DNA from: Strigamia acuminata
Lineage: Eukaryota
Length of the DNA stretch: 64,000 nucleotides
NCBI GenBank assembly: GCA_949358305.1
Contig: OX442314.1
Span: 21,266,001-21,330,000 of the forward strand
Direction: 5' to 3'
Shown here: positions 1 through 12,939 of the stretch, piece by piece
How positions within the stretch are numbered: the stretch's first letter is position 1
How the letters are laid out: each line of letters begins with the position of its first letter
Program-made: the position numbers and the translations under genes
The notes under the pieces: model-generated
Databases searched by the model: none
The model's input: the letters and a program-made list of their open reading frames with translations, nothing else
Told to the model about the DNA's origin: nothing

Positions 1-1279
1 GGATTAAAACTGTAGTTGTGGGATTAAGCATATTTATGTTTTCAAGCATCTTCCAGATGGCGCCACGACGAGACCAGAAGGGTGGCACAGCTCTTGCGAG
101 CTCTTGTCAGCTCGTTACAAACGACTAAGAGATTAGTTGAATTCTTTTTAAGTACTCCAAAGTGTTCATTCATTAGTCCATGATAAAAGTTTATTACGAA
201 ATATAATTAAATTAATTTCCTATTACAGATGGAGCCGTCAAACTCGCGTCACTTCGTAATTTGCTCCGTGTCAATTTAAATTTTCAAATTTGTAACCCTA
301 ACGCACGAATAATTCAAAAAAGCGACGAGGAAAAATGCACGTTAACTCAACTTTAACATGGTTTATTGATCAGACAATTTCATCCTATAGTCTGACCCCT
401 AATAACCCTCTTAAAAGCTGGCTGTATGGCTTTGGTTGACCATACGTTGCTCGCACTAATCAGGGAATGATGTAGGCAGCTAATAGTTATGGACAACCAA
501 CAAGAGCCAAAACTCGGACAGCTAGCCCCCATCAAATGTCAGTATAATGGGTAATTGATGGCTCGTAGGTTTTAGTGAATGGGAGCTTGCGTCACTGGGG
601 GATCGTTATGGTATATCACTGGTCTTTAACCAACTTTTAAGTTTAAAAATATTCAAATTGCTTTAAAAATTGTGTTGAATTATAGATGTAATTAATTTTT
701 TTTTTTGGTTAGGAACGCTTTAAATCTAAACAAGGAAGGCGAATTAGTGCTGAATCGATTTAATTTTCTTAGAATAGGCCCTTGAGTTGGCAATTTGATC
801 TGATAATTTGAAATTATTAGCGCAATCTCATCGTGAAGGGTGGAAACGCTTATTGCCAAATATAAAAACAAATATTGATAAAAGAAAGTGAAGATAAACC
901 CACGTTTATTGCAAGAACATGTATGGTGGGAAAAAATAATCGGCTCGTTTTGAGCAGTTTTTGGGGATTGAATGAGGTTGCGTATGATTTGGGGATTTAC
1001 AGATGGAGCAAAATTCTTACACCTGATACGAACTCCCAATTTTGTAGTTGCCAAACGTGCTTCGATTAAGCTTTGCGAAAATGCTTTATAATTCTAGGTA
1101 TGTTGGGATGCACAGTTCTGTAATCCGATAGCAATCGTAAAATGCAAAATAAAAATACTGTAGGATCAACAAAAAGCATAGATATTGGAAATAAACGTGG
1201 AAGCTTTTAGAAAATATATATATGTACATTCTTAGCTACAAACAATTTATAAAGTAGAAATTTGCTTTTTTTTAAGTAA

Positions 1280-1510
1280 AAATTTAATTTTTTTTTTAGA
1301 AAAGTTTTGATTATTTTAGTAAAAATTTTGAGTTTTTCTGTAAAAATTTGATTTTTCGAGTACAAATTTGAGTTTTTGCGTAAAAATTTGATTTTTTGCG
1401 AACAAATTTGAGTTTTTGCGTAAAAATTAGATTTTGCGTAAAAATTAGATTTTGCGTAAAAATTAGATTTTGCGTAAAAATTAGATTTTGCGTAAAAATT
1501 AATTTTTTTG
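1280..1510. repeat. Minisatellite, 18-20 bp unit
   Basis: Four perfect TAAAAATTAGATTTTGCG copies at 1421-1492, with degenerate copies on both sides. Confidence 0.85.
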
Positions 1511-3203
1511 CGAAAAAAAAAATATTTTTATTTTTTAATACAAATTTGATGTTTTTTTTTTAGTACAAATTTGATTATTTTAAGGAAGAATTTGATTTTC
1601 TAACGTAAGTAAAATTTTTATTTTTTAAAGCAAAACTTAGATTTATATAAATAGAATGATTTTCTATTGGGTAAAACATTTTTTCTCCTGCCAATTCTTC
1701 AGTTTTCAATATTCCATTTTTAAAAAAACTGAAATATTGCATTCGTTTCCATAAATCAAAGAGTATTCATTCCACATAGATTTGATAAACGACTATTTAA
1801 TATCTCTTATTAGGCCAGCCGTTGGATTAAAAACCGATCCACATTGAAGACATTCGTCAACCCATGCTTGAAAATAGAAAATAAATCTCCGAAAAGAAGT
1901 CGAGAAGATGAAAGAATAAGTGGTTGAAAGATCTTTTCCATGGGAATCAGGTAAGTGAATATTTCTTTTGCTTGGTGGAATGAATGGAGAAAGTGAAGTG
2001 AAGCATCATCTGGCAAATAGTTGGTGGGGCAGAGGGTTGCGTGGTAGCGCGTAGGTTGATGTTGATCCATGCGTGGGCAGTTGGTGGCATCTGTGGGTCG
2101 GATCAGTTGCATGATGGGAAAAGCAGGGAGCCTGTTTTTCGACGACGGCGTCTCCAAATGACAAATTCTTCGATTAATGGCTGGCGAAGTGCTTTGGTAA
2201 TGCGACACTCGTACTTAAAACACTGGAAAATGGACGACTTCCGGTATTGCGCGCACTTACCCCATAATTTATTATCTCAAAACAGAGACTCCTGCTAAAA
2301 AAAAAAAAGATGGAATTAAAATTTTTTTATTTCGAAATAAGAATAAAAATTGTATTTTTTTCTTCTTTTTTTCTCCATTTTTGTATTTGGGATTGGATTG
2401 GTTGGTTTCTTAATGAATGGGGCGTGTTTGGTTTTATTTTTAGATAATTTTCTCTTTTGATGTAGAAGCAGCAGGTGGAAGCGCCTTAATACATTATAGG
2501 ACGTTGTCATTTACACCGTGATGAATTGGTTTTTCCTCATTTACTGTCGTGTACATATCTGTGTTTTGCCACTTTAAAAGGGTGCTAATGGTTTTTTCCG
2601 GTTAAAGCCGGATGTATAGGAGAATTTGGTAAATTGAGCTGGATTTTTGATTCTTTTTGACTGATTACATAAAAAAAAAATTTCATCTGAAATGGAAGTA
2701 ATTTCTTTTTTGCACGATGATAGTGCAGGATTTCTATTATATTAACCAAAAAAATAAAAACAAAAATATAAAAAGGTTTTTGGCTTTCAACTTCAATCAG
2801 TTTGACAAAAAACAAAAGGAAGAATGAAATAGAAACATTAAATAATTTAAGTAAATATCATTATTTTATTTTACGCAACAAGGAGAAAAGATTACGCGCG
2901 CAATGACCTACAATTGTTAATCCATGAAGCCTGGCTGGTAAAATCATCAAATGTTGACACAAGAATTTTTTGTGTGTCTCGTGATGCTCCTGCGTGTTGC
3001 AAGCGGTGGTTGATGTACCATCTGGTGGTGACAAAGCAGCAAGAAAAAACAAATCATCTTCCAGATCCCCCTTTCATTCATATTTAATCAAGCTTTATTT
3101 TTTAATTTAAAACTTCTTTTATATCAAAAACTTGTTCTACAAGTAAAAATCGCTCGGAAATTTGATCCCCAAAATCAATTTATTTTGAAGCATATACCGT
3201 ACA

Positions 3204-3387
3204 CAGTCGAAAGTCTTTATAACGAATCGCGATATAACGAATTATCGATATAACGAATAGCTAAAAATGGCTGGTTTGGTTGGCTGGCCATAGAACACCA
3301 TGTTAAAAAATTTTGATATAACGATTTATCGTTATAACGAATCGATTTTTAGGGTTCCTTGCGATCCGTTATAAAGAGTTTTGACTG
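3204..3387. mobile_element. Tc1/mariner (pogo/Tigger-like) MITE, copy 1
   Basis: TIRs CAGTCGAAAGTCTTTATAACG / CGTTATAAAGAGTTTTGACTG followed by TA, with internal TATAACGAA repeats. A near-identical copy lies at 37325-37499. Confidence 0.85.
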
Positions 3388-3853
3388 TATAATGAAAGAT
3401 TGGCTCAAATAACAGTGAAATGTTTATTGCCTGAAAATCTACTGATTTAAAACACAGAAATACAAATGTGGAATGTTTATCTAACATTATAATTTGAAAT
3501 TTTATTAATTATCAACTTTTTTTTTTTAGTAATTTTTATATGTTTAATTATAATTTTATCATTGATGAGCTGCGCTTGGACGCCAAAAGGAGAAAAAAAT
3601 ACTTTGGACGCCATTTTAGCTGCCTTGTAAAAGTTTTTTCAGCTCTTTATGTATTTTTTATTTACTTTTTTGTTGTCGGGGGTCGGTGTGGAGGAGCGGG
3701 CGGGGAAGGTGGGCGGTGTTTGTTAGGTGTTTTTGCATCCAGGCAGGATAAAATCATCGATTCACTTTTATATATTTTTTTTTATTTTAGTTTTTTAGTT
3801 TAAATATTAAAATTGGCAGTGATGTTAATTGACGGTGAGATGCCACCGTTTTG

Positions 3854-5249
3854 TCACATGATGGAATCGTGTTGATCGCAGTCGAGAAAAGTGCGAGACG
3901 CACCCAAAGTTCTGCGACACTCTGGGCACGTTCTCTTCTTGCGACGACGCTCGCGTTCCTGCAGCACTTCGCGGACGCACCTAAAATCGAAAGGCAAATT
4001 ACGTCAAAATGTGCGCACTTCTTCGGAACACATGTGGCAGACTAATGACTTCGAAACATGTTTTTCCATTTCTCGGAACGTGAAAATTTGCCAATATTTT
4101 CCCCCTTTGCTTTATTAGATCATATTTAACGCGTACATTTACGGCGCGCATGCGCAACGAGCAAAAATAAGCTTATATCGTATTTCTTTCTTACTTTGCA
4201 TGGAATATATGAGCACATGGCAGCGCCTCGAGAGGAGCTGGAGTATCGCCGTACTCCTGGCGACAAACACCGCAAACACGATCCAAATCGGCAGCTAAAG
4301 ACATGGCCAATCTCTCTTCCTGAAGTCTGTTGATTTCGTCTCCGAGACTCCCATAAATCTCCTCCAAGCGTACGTGGCAGTAGTACATGAACAACTGTGG
4401 AGGATAATAAATCAGCGCGAATAATTAACCAGCGCTAAATTGCATTTGGGGCAAAATTAATTCCACGTACACTCTTTATCGTCAAACACATTAATCAAAT
4501 TTCAAAGCTACAGGTCATGGGTAAAATTGATTTATTTTCGTCAACAAATTTCTGCCAATTTAACTAATAGGTGTATTATATACAAAATGGCACTTGATTT
4601 ACCTTGTTACCCAACGCTGTGCTTATTTCCAAGGCTTTGTTATTGATTTCGAGAGCCTAGAGACAAAAGAAAAGTGAAAAAGGTCGGCGTTTGTATGCGT
4701 TTGTTAAAATCCAGTGTACCTTGCAATCGCAAACACTTGACTGTCTCTTCATTGCCGTCATTGTTTTGGCCATTCCCATGAGCACTTGCGCTTGACCAAG
4801 TCGATCGTCCATTTCTTTGAGCAAGGAAAAAGCCATTTCGTACTGCGAGTGAGCTCTCTATAGTTAGATTTAAGTTGATTAAGTTATATATATATATATG
4901 TAGTATAGAAGGTTTTATTTCTGTATTTCTTGCTGAGGAAAGTGAATTGATATGGAAATATAATAAAAATAAATGGTTTGGGTTGTTGGTGCGGGCTGTG
5001 GGATTTGCGGAGGAAATAAAGTTGCAAATCATTGCCGAAATAATGTGTGGGCAATAACTCAGAATGAGATCGAGTTAAAATCGAATGATGATTGAAAGTG
5101 CAAATTAAAGTTATGACCCGTAATATTACTTGGTCGGGGTTTATAGATTACTCTAATTATTGCTTCGAAGAATGTACGCACAACTGTTTGTTCCGCTTTA
5201 TATCTTGTATTGCTGGCGGCTGTACAGGCCTCCGCCCACCACAATTGTG

Positions 5250-5280
<31 letters not shown>

Positions 5281-8200
5281 AACCTTTTTCTATTGAAATA
5301 TTTAATATTTTAATATCTAATCGAGAAATTGGAACCACAATAGCACATCTGGTTTCAGTGTAACCTTCTTGTAAGTTAGAATTTGAGTTTGGCTTACCTC
5401 TAGTTCATTCCTATTACGGTAAATATCTCCTAACGCGAGGAGACAGCGTGCTTGTGACGGGCGATCGTTGGTTTGTAGCGACATTTGAAGCGCTTCCTAA
5501 ATGAAAAGAAAAGAAAAGAAGAAAAAGATATAAAATAAAATTAACGCGTTCACGGTGTAAAGTTTTTATTAATTTTCACGTTTCAACTTTAATAGGGGTA
5601 ATAGGGATCGATGTGAAAAGGGGAGTTATTGCTTTGGAAAAGAGAGAGAAAGGGAAAGAGAAAGAGAGAGTAGGGTCAGTGAAGTTAAGAAGCTGAACTC
5701 GTTGATATTTCAAACGAGACAAAAACCTCGGCGGAGTTTCTCATTTCTCTCTGGAGACGCCGCCGTCGCAAAAGAGAAGCCAGATTGATCACGTGTCCCT
5801 TTTAACCGTGACAATCAGTTGTCGTCGGGGGCATCAAACCGACAATGCGGTACGGTTCAGCTGTCAAACTAATCCGTGTTGTGCCAAGTGGAAGTTGATG
5901 CAAAATGATTTGCATTTGTAAAGACGATGCGCAACGCACGTCGGGCAACGAATTCGCGTTGGGTCGAATCAAAATCTGAATTATTTATCCGCGCAACTCG
6001 CAACTCGCAACTCGCAGTCGTCTGTGTTTCCAATTTGACTATATATATGCAACTGTTATTAATTTAGAGTTGCTCCACTCTTATTTAAAATTGAAACAAA
6101 TGGTGCAAATTAAGGGCGGGTAAAAAAAAAAGGTTTTCTTTGTAAATTTAGCTTGTTTTTCTTTCGCTTTTTCTTCATGAATCAGGAGTGGAAACGAATT
6201 ATTTAAATTTTATTTTTACACATTTTCTTTGTATTCAAATGGGGGGGAAGGAATGAAGCATTTTATTGTGCAATTTTCTTTATTTTCTTTGAAAATGTTT
6301 AATTAAATAGTTGGCTGTTTTGACAATAGTGGTTGGGTTTTGTCGTGCGGGAATGCGCGAGAAGAGTCGAAAGAAAAGGGCGGCGTTGGTGGAGTGACGA
6401 GGATGGATAGGTCAGTGTTAATGGCTTTCAAACAAGTGCCAGGAAAATAGAGTTGGCTCGTGGTTCCAAAAAGAACGGATTAGTTCGTATGGAGTAGTCG
6501 GTAGTCAGCAAGAACGGGCAAAGCTGCTGCGAGCAAATAAATGTACCCACGCTGAATTCGAAAGCAGAAAGCAAAAATACTCTTGCTCAATTTATCATTG
6601 TTTGCTTCATTCTGATTGTTGTACACTAAAGTCAAAGCTCATTTTTATGTTTTATTAGTGCTAAAATTAAAATGGCTACCCTGCACTACGGTAACAAATA
6701 CCGATAGACGAGTTCTGCGATCTGGGTGCATTTCTCGATCTAACTTAAAACATGGCGGCCGATTTAGTCTGTTTTTCAGTCGCAGTGGGCATGCGCACGA
6801 CATTTAAACAACTTTGTGAATACGCCTATTTTTAAAGTAAGCATGAAAAGCGGACTTGTTTTTATTTTGTTGGTTTGGAGTGCTTGTTAATTGAGATTTA
6901 TTAGTGGACCTTATATTTTTTAAGCTTTCGAACCCATTGCGTATTGTTGGACTTTTTATCTAGTGGTGTTATGTCGTCAAGGTATATTTTCATCTTGTGC
7001 ATATGTGAAAATTCCACCCACTCAACACGACCCTTCGAATCATTTTGTTAAACCTGAAAGGTAGTTGTAAGTCACTGAGGAGTGAGGACGCACACTTCAA
7101 TTATTTCTTCAGTTCATGCGACGCCAAAACATTAAACCGCTTTTCTTTTTTTTTTTAAATTTACACTAGTGAAACTTAATTAATTTTACATTTTTTTTAT
7201 GCCGGAAATGACGGAAAATTATTGTTTACTTTATAAAAAAAAAAATAAAAAATTTTAAATTTTTTTTTTTAAAAAAAATTTAAAAAAAATTGCAAGATGG
7301 CAGAAAATAATTGAAAATTTAGTCAGTAAATAACGAACCCTGCTTGCCCCTCATCTGCATTTTGCAATATAACCTTAAATCCCCTCCATCTCTCTCTCAT
7401 CCTCCATTTTGTGTCTGCGGCAGCCATGATGAAAATCAATAGAAAGGACATGCCACTTTTTGATAGTGGGGTAGAATTCGTTTTCACGGTAAATAAAATT
7501 AAAGATGGTGTTTCGAAGATGATCAATTAGACTTTAAGTTTGCGAGATTATCTTGTCTGACTCGAGATGCGAAGATTGGAGCGCCGTTGATGCTATACGG
7601 GGTTTTCGCTCTTGATTCGAAATGGCAAGAGACGACTTTTAATTGTAACTATTTTAGAATTAAAAATGAGAGTCGGTCGATTTTGCGGTTTGCTTAAGCA
7701 AAGTTTTGTGTCACAAGTGAAATTTCGAGATCGCTAGCCTTTTATTTTTCGACCATAAAGGCACCTCGACAGCATCCAGCCAGGGGATTGAATAAAGGGC
7801 TACAACTTGAAAATAGATAAATTTTGCAAGTTATAGTTTCATATTTTATGGAGATTGGAATCGAACTAAAAGGGAAAGGATAAAAAATCTATTTTATGTT
7901 GGAAATTCTTGTCTATTTTGTTTAAACTAAATAAAGAATGATGGGAGATAAACTGGTTTCACCTGCACTACGAAAACGAGGCTCGTTCGTAATTTACAGG
8001 CGACAAAAGATAAAATTGTCGGACAAAAACACAAACACAAAACTCGTAAGGACCAAGATTTGGGATTTTGAAATCCTTCAAAATCCTAGAAATCCTGGAA
8101 ATCCATAAAATCTTACAAATTGTTTCGCAAATTGTAGCAAAATAAAGCAAAATCTTTAAAGAAATTTGCTTGAATTTCTGTGAAATCCTGAAATCTTCAA

Positions 8201-10992
8201 GATTCAACAGGATTTCAAAATCTTGCATGCAATATTTGTGATTGGCTACACCCCCGTGCAAAAGCAGCAGACCTTGAGCCAAGTTTCGGTCGTGCCTGCA
8301 AAAAGATGGCGGAGTCCTGGCAGCTACAAACACGGGTTAATCAAGATGGTGGCCCGATTTTTCAATACCCCCAAGCGCCAGATGTAGGAAATGCAATTTA
8401 CGAAACAGAAAAAAGAAGAAAAAAAAATCGTTTACCTGACAGCAATCGGCTGCTTCGGCCAACCGTCCAAGTTTCCTGAGTGGGGTGACCAAATGTACGA
8501 GAGCTAAACGTACGAATTTACAACTCAAACTTTTGGATATTTCGTGAGCACGGCTGTGGAATCGCAAACTCTTTTCATAGTCTTTGAGAAATGCAAATAC
8601 TTGTCCAAGTCCGATTAGTGCCAGTACTTGCAACTGGGCATCCGTCAACTGACCAGCGAGTCGCAAAGCCGCATCGTAGTATTCGACCGCTTTAGCGAAA
8701 TTCGCCAAACCCAAGTAGGCAGCACCGAGGACCAAATGAGCATGTCCCGCTAAACATGGATCGTGAGCTTGGTCCCGAAGAGCATGATGACAATAGTCCA
8801 ACGTACGACCGAAATCTCCTTGTTTCTCAGCACCACGGGCTAAATTGAGATACGCCTGTGCTCTCATGCTCGGTGAATCAAGTCTTGTGGCGAGATCCAG
8901 TTGAGTAAGACCACAAGCTACCAATTCGCCGTATCTAAATCAAATTAAAACCAAAGACAATATTAAAGGATCACTGCGCGAAAGAGAGAAAGATGGAAAG
9001 AAAACTCATTAATTTTTAAATTGCTCTTTTATGCTAACTTTTCCATTTAATTTTCAACTATTCGCATGCAAATTTGTCTCGCCAGAACTAAATTGACAAA
9101 TGCAATTTTTTAAACAATGCCGTTTTGGCAAATTGGAATAACGGTTGTAAAAAAAAAAATTGATTTTTTTTAATCATTTGGTTCAGGGATAATTAAAATC
9201 TTGTTGCGTTTGACTTGACAAATATTTAAAAAAAATTTTAATGCAATTATCGTAGTTTTAATAGCATTTCATTAAGCCCGTTTAGTACGGAGTTGCGCCC
9301 AAAGTTCAGATTAGGTTTCACAAAAACTTCCCTTGACTACTGTAAAATCACTGTAACCAAGCGAAGTTTTTTTTTGTCCATTTCCTTCGTTCGACTATAT
9401 TGATTCGTTGTTTTTCATTAACAACGAGGTGAATTGTGCTTGCAAAAAAATGGCGGACATGGCAGTTTGGAAGGAATCACTATACTGGTGCGCCTTAGCG
9501 GGGCAGAAATGTGGGTTAATCGAGATGGCGGCCTCATTTCCCGGACCGGTGGCAAAACCAAAATCTTATTACACGTTTTTGCCACATAAATCGAAATAAT
9601 TTTCTTATCAGATTGCTGTTAAGTTCTTTACCGACTCAACTAACGTTTGATGACGCGGAATGTTCGTCACGAACTTCCGGTTTCCGGTGAAATCGCATAT
9701 CAATATTTTAAGAATGGAAGATTATGCCGTCACACGTATTACCCCTGCCACCTTTTGCAATTTAATGCTGAGAATAAAAAATGCTTAATAGCATAGCACT
9801 TTTTGAAATTACCACGGGAACGTAAATGGTTTGAACATTGAAGTACGAGCACGCGAACGTACGCGCACACACACCCTTTGCTTTGCTTTGCTTTGCTTAG
9901 TTCTACAAAAGAGTATCGGTTTACGAGGTCATTTTTAATAAGGAATTTAACTTTTTTCATTAACCGTAAAATGTGCACTTGAGTATTCATCAACTGTGGT
10001 CTTTTATTGGATATGCTGGGACATTGTACATATCATTTGTTTGACACGGAAATCATTAAATCCAATTAAAGGATTATGAAATTAAGCCGATTTTGAGTTA
10101 TTCTTGAACGATTCAATAAAACTCTCAATTTTTATGTTTGTATTTGTATATATTTTTTTAAACGTCAGAATTAATTAATAGATTCGCATATATGGCTTTA
10201 AAATACTGCAGTCAAATTATTCATGGACTTTTGCGAGAAATTTGACGTTTTTGAACAGAATTTTACTAATTTAATTCTTCCGTTTTCAACTTGTGGGCAG
10301 TTTAGAAATTGCCAACTCTTCTGTTCTTCAGCTTCATTTAAAAGGACTCGTTTTCAGGGTTTTCGGATGTGCAGACTGTCCACTTTAATACAGAGTTCCC
10401 TCACTTCAATGGCGGATTTCGCTCGCGAAAAATTAATCACGGAATGGAAAGAGATTTGCAGCAAAACTATAAACTCGTTTATACATGTTGTAGGGAAAAC
10501 AAAATGGAAGATTATGCAGATTAGCAATTCAAGTGGGCGTAAAGTAGGAGAACTAGAGAAGCCAAAATGGCGGCATATAACCACATTACATTCACTTTAC
10601 TTGTAAAACCACTCACTTTCCGTGCAACTTTCTTTAAAACTAACCAAAACGGTAACACCACCACAAAAACAAAATGGCGGGGATAAATCTCACTAAATGA
10701 TAAACCAATCGCCATATTGAAGCAGCGCGAACATTTGTTTGCCCCCTCCAAAAAAAAAAATTTTTTTAGGAATGCTGGAAGCGGATAGGGGGATTGTACA
10801 TAATGCAAACGGTACTTACCTTCCACAATCGGAATGTGCATCGCATAAATATCCGAGCGCGATAAAACGATCGGATGTGTCGGTGAGCAGACGGAGCGCT
10901 CTCCGCCAGCATCGACTCGCGTTTTCGGGTCTCTGGTTCTGGTACAGCCGTAGCCCATGCTCCATGTGATGTCGGCCTAACCGCTGGCCCAT
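3854..10992 (-). CDS. RAPSN: Rapsyn (43 kDa receptor-associated protein of the synapse): TPR repeats plus C-terminal RING-H2
   Basis: Exons 10992-10820, 8934-8436, 5496-5398, 4857-4720, 4656-4603, 4394-4195, 3980-3854, all GT-AG and frame-compatible. It begins MGQRLGRHHMEHGLRLYQ (rapsyn MGQ...GLQLY type), has TPR helices (AYLNLARG, AHLVLGAAYLG, ARCLLALGDIYR) and a RING-H2 (CGVC...LEALPCAHIFHAKC...CPECRR). An upstream in-frame ATG lies at 11025. Confidence 0.93.
6736..6813 (+). repeat. Dispersed repeat family (GATCTAACTT..ATGGCGGCCGATTTAGTCTG..GCATGCGCA)
   Basis: Related copies at 58526-58603 (+), 35084-35143 (-), 62868-62907 (+) and 63171-63203 (-). Confidence 0.8.
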
Positions 10993-12939
10993 GGCGGGAC
11001 CAGGACCCGCCCCCAACGGGGGCATAGTCTTGGTTCCCTCCCCCCGATCGCTTGAGCCCCGCACTTGACCGGGAGAAGCGACCGTGCTTGTTGCCGACCG
11101 ACTGATGCTCGGATGCCGATGCTGATCGTCCTTGTTGCTTCCCTGCTTCGGATCGATAAGTTCGAGGGAGTGAAGGGGGCTGCTCGTGTTTGACGTCACG
11201 CCGTGACGTTCATGCGCGATTCGCGATGTTGCAACGGTGGTTTCAAAGGAGACGGGATAAAAAGTGTCGTGTTGTTTCTTTCTTTTTGTCAAATGAAATG
11301 TCTGTCGCAAGTGAACCACGACAATGGAAATTATTGTCGAGTGATGGCACAAACGTAGTTTAATAATTCTTTTGGATTGGGATTACGGATGATCAATTTT
11401 TCGATTAATAAATTTACATTTTGCTGTTTTTTTTTTTAATTTTTTTTTTTAAATAATTTTGTTTTTTGTTTTTTTAAATTCTTTAGTTTTAAATTTTTTT
11501 TTTTTTTGGAAAGAAATCTCTGGATTTTGAAATTCTAATTAAATTTGTGAAAAAATGATGGCAATCGATACTAATTACTTTAGATTTGATGAATTGAATA
11601 CAGTCGGCTGATCCTGTCAGTTTGATGTGTTGTTACATGTGTTCAAAATCATTATGGAAAAAGACTAGTTTGGCAATGTAATGAAATTGTATAAATATGT
11701 GTTTGGAGTTTGTTGGTTTGTTTGTGACTGCACGCTTGCATTGCTAACATGTACAGAAATGTATAGACACGGCAAGTCACTCGGGTCAAATATCTACACA
11801 CAAATATCATTTAGAAGTCAATTGTGGTTTCGATTCTGTAATAACCCTTTTTGTTCTGTAATTTGTTCACTTTTCTGTTATCTTTTTTTCTTTTTTTGGT
11901 AAAGTGAGACGTTTACTATTGATCAATACTGATCCAACTTAAAGAGTATTGGTGTGTTGACTCGTCTATCAAATTTAAGGATGACAATCACACAAAATGC
12001 TTTCAACATTTGGAGTAAAAATATGAATAAATTTCTGTTGGCTATTTGTTTTTGCTTCTAAAAGAATATTAAAAACTATTGGAACATTTATTGGCTTTTT
12101 ATTTCACTGGTTTGTATTTATTTTAAATTTTATTTTAGAATGTAGCGTTTGTGTTTATAGCTACGGTTGATATTTCATCATGAATTATGTAAATATCATG
12201 TGATGTTGTCTTGGTCTTGTTGAAGATGACTAAGTGCTGTGCATTTTGTATTTGTATTCAACTGTTGTTTATTATGATTTTATTTTAGAATTTATTGATT
12301 AAAAGTGACCTAAAATGAAGAAAAAATCCACAAATTAATAAATAAAAATCATTTGTTTAATTTTTTAAAATATGTTATTACATTATAACAATAATCAAAT
12401 TGTGTTTAAGAGTTAATAACCATTCTAGCAACAATAAAAATAGAAGAAAAATGACTTCTTGAGCTTAACGTTCAATCATCCATTACTCAAGTGAGGTAGG
12501 CTTTTGGGGGGTGGGGTTTATGATGAATGATCTGAGGTAAGGAAGATAAGGGTGGTGAAAAGTAAGTCATCCCCTTACAAGAGCCATATCCCTCTTTTTA
12601 CCCCTAGTGACCTTTTCAAGTAGCACTTAGGGTGTTAAATTGCACTTTGGTGAAAACACACAAATAGTGTTTAAAAAATACCTTTACGAACGTTTCAATT
12701 CAATCCATTTTAAAACTATATTTGATTTACATTCTCTCTAAAAATTAGGACCGGTTCGATAGAATTGTTCATATATTGAAAAATACATATAAATATAAGA
12801 GTTTTCTTAAAAATTACATCTAAAATTGTGACCTGACACGATCAATGAAATAAATACGTCTAAAAATGTTGTTTTTAATCTCGAGGAACCCTTCGTCTCT
12901 CAACTGTCGCCACTGGAAGCCACTAAAGTGGCCGTTGGG

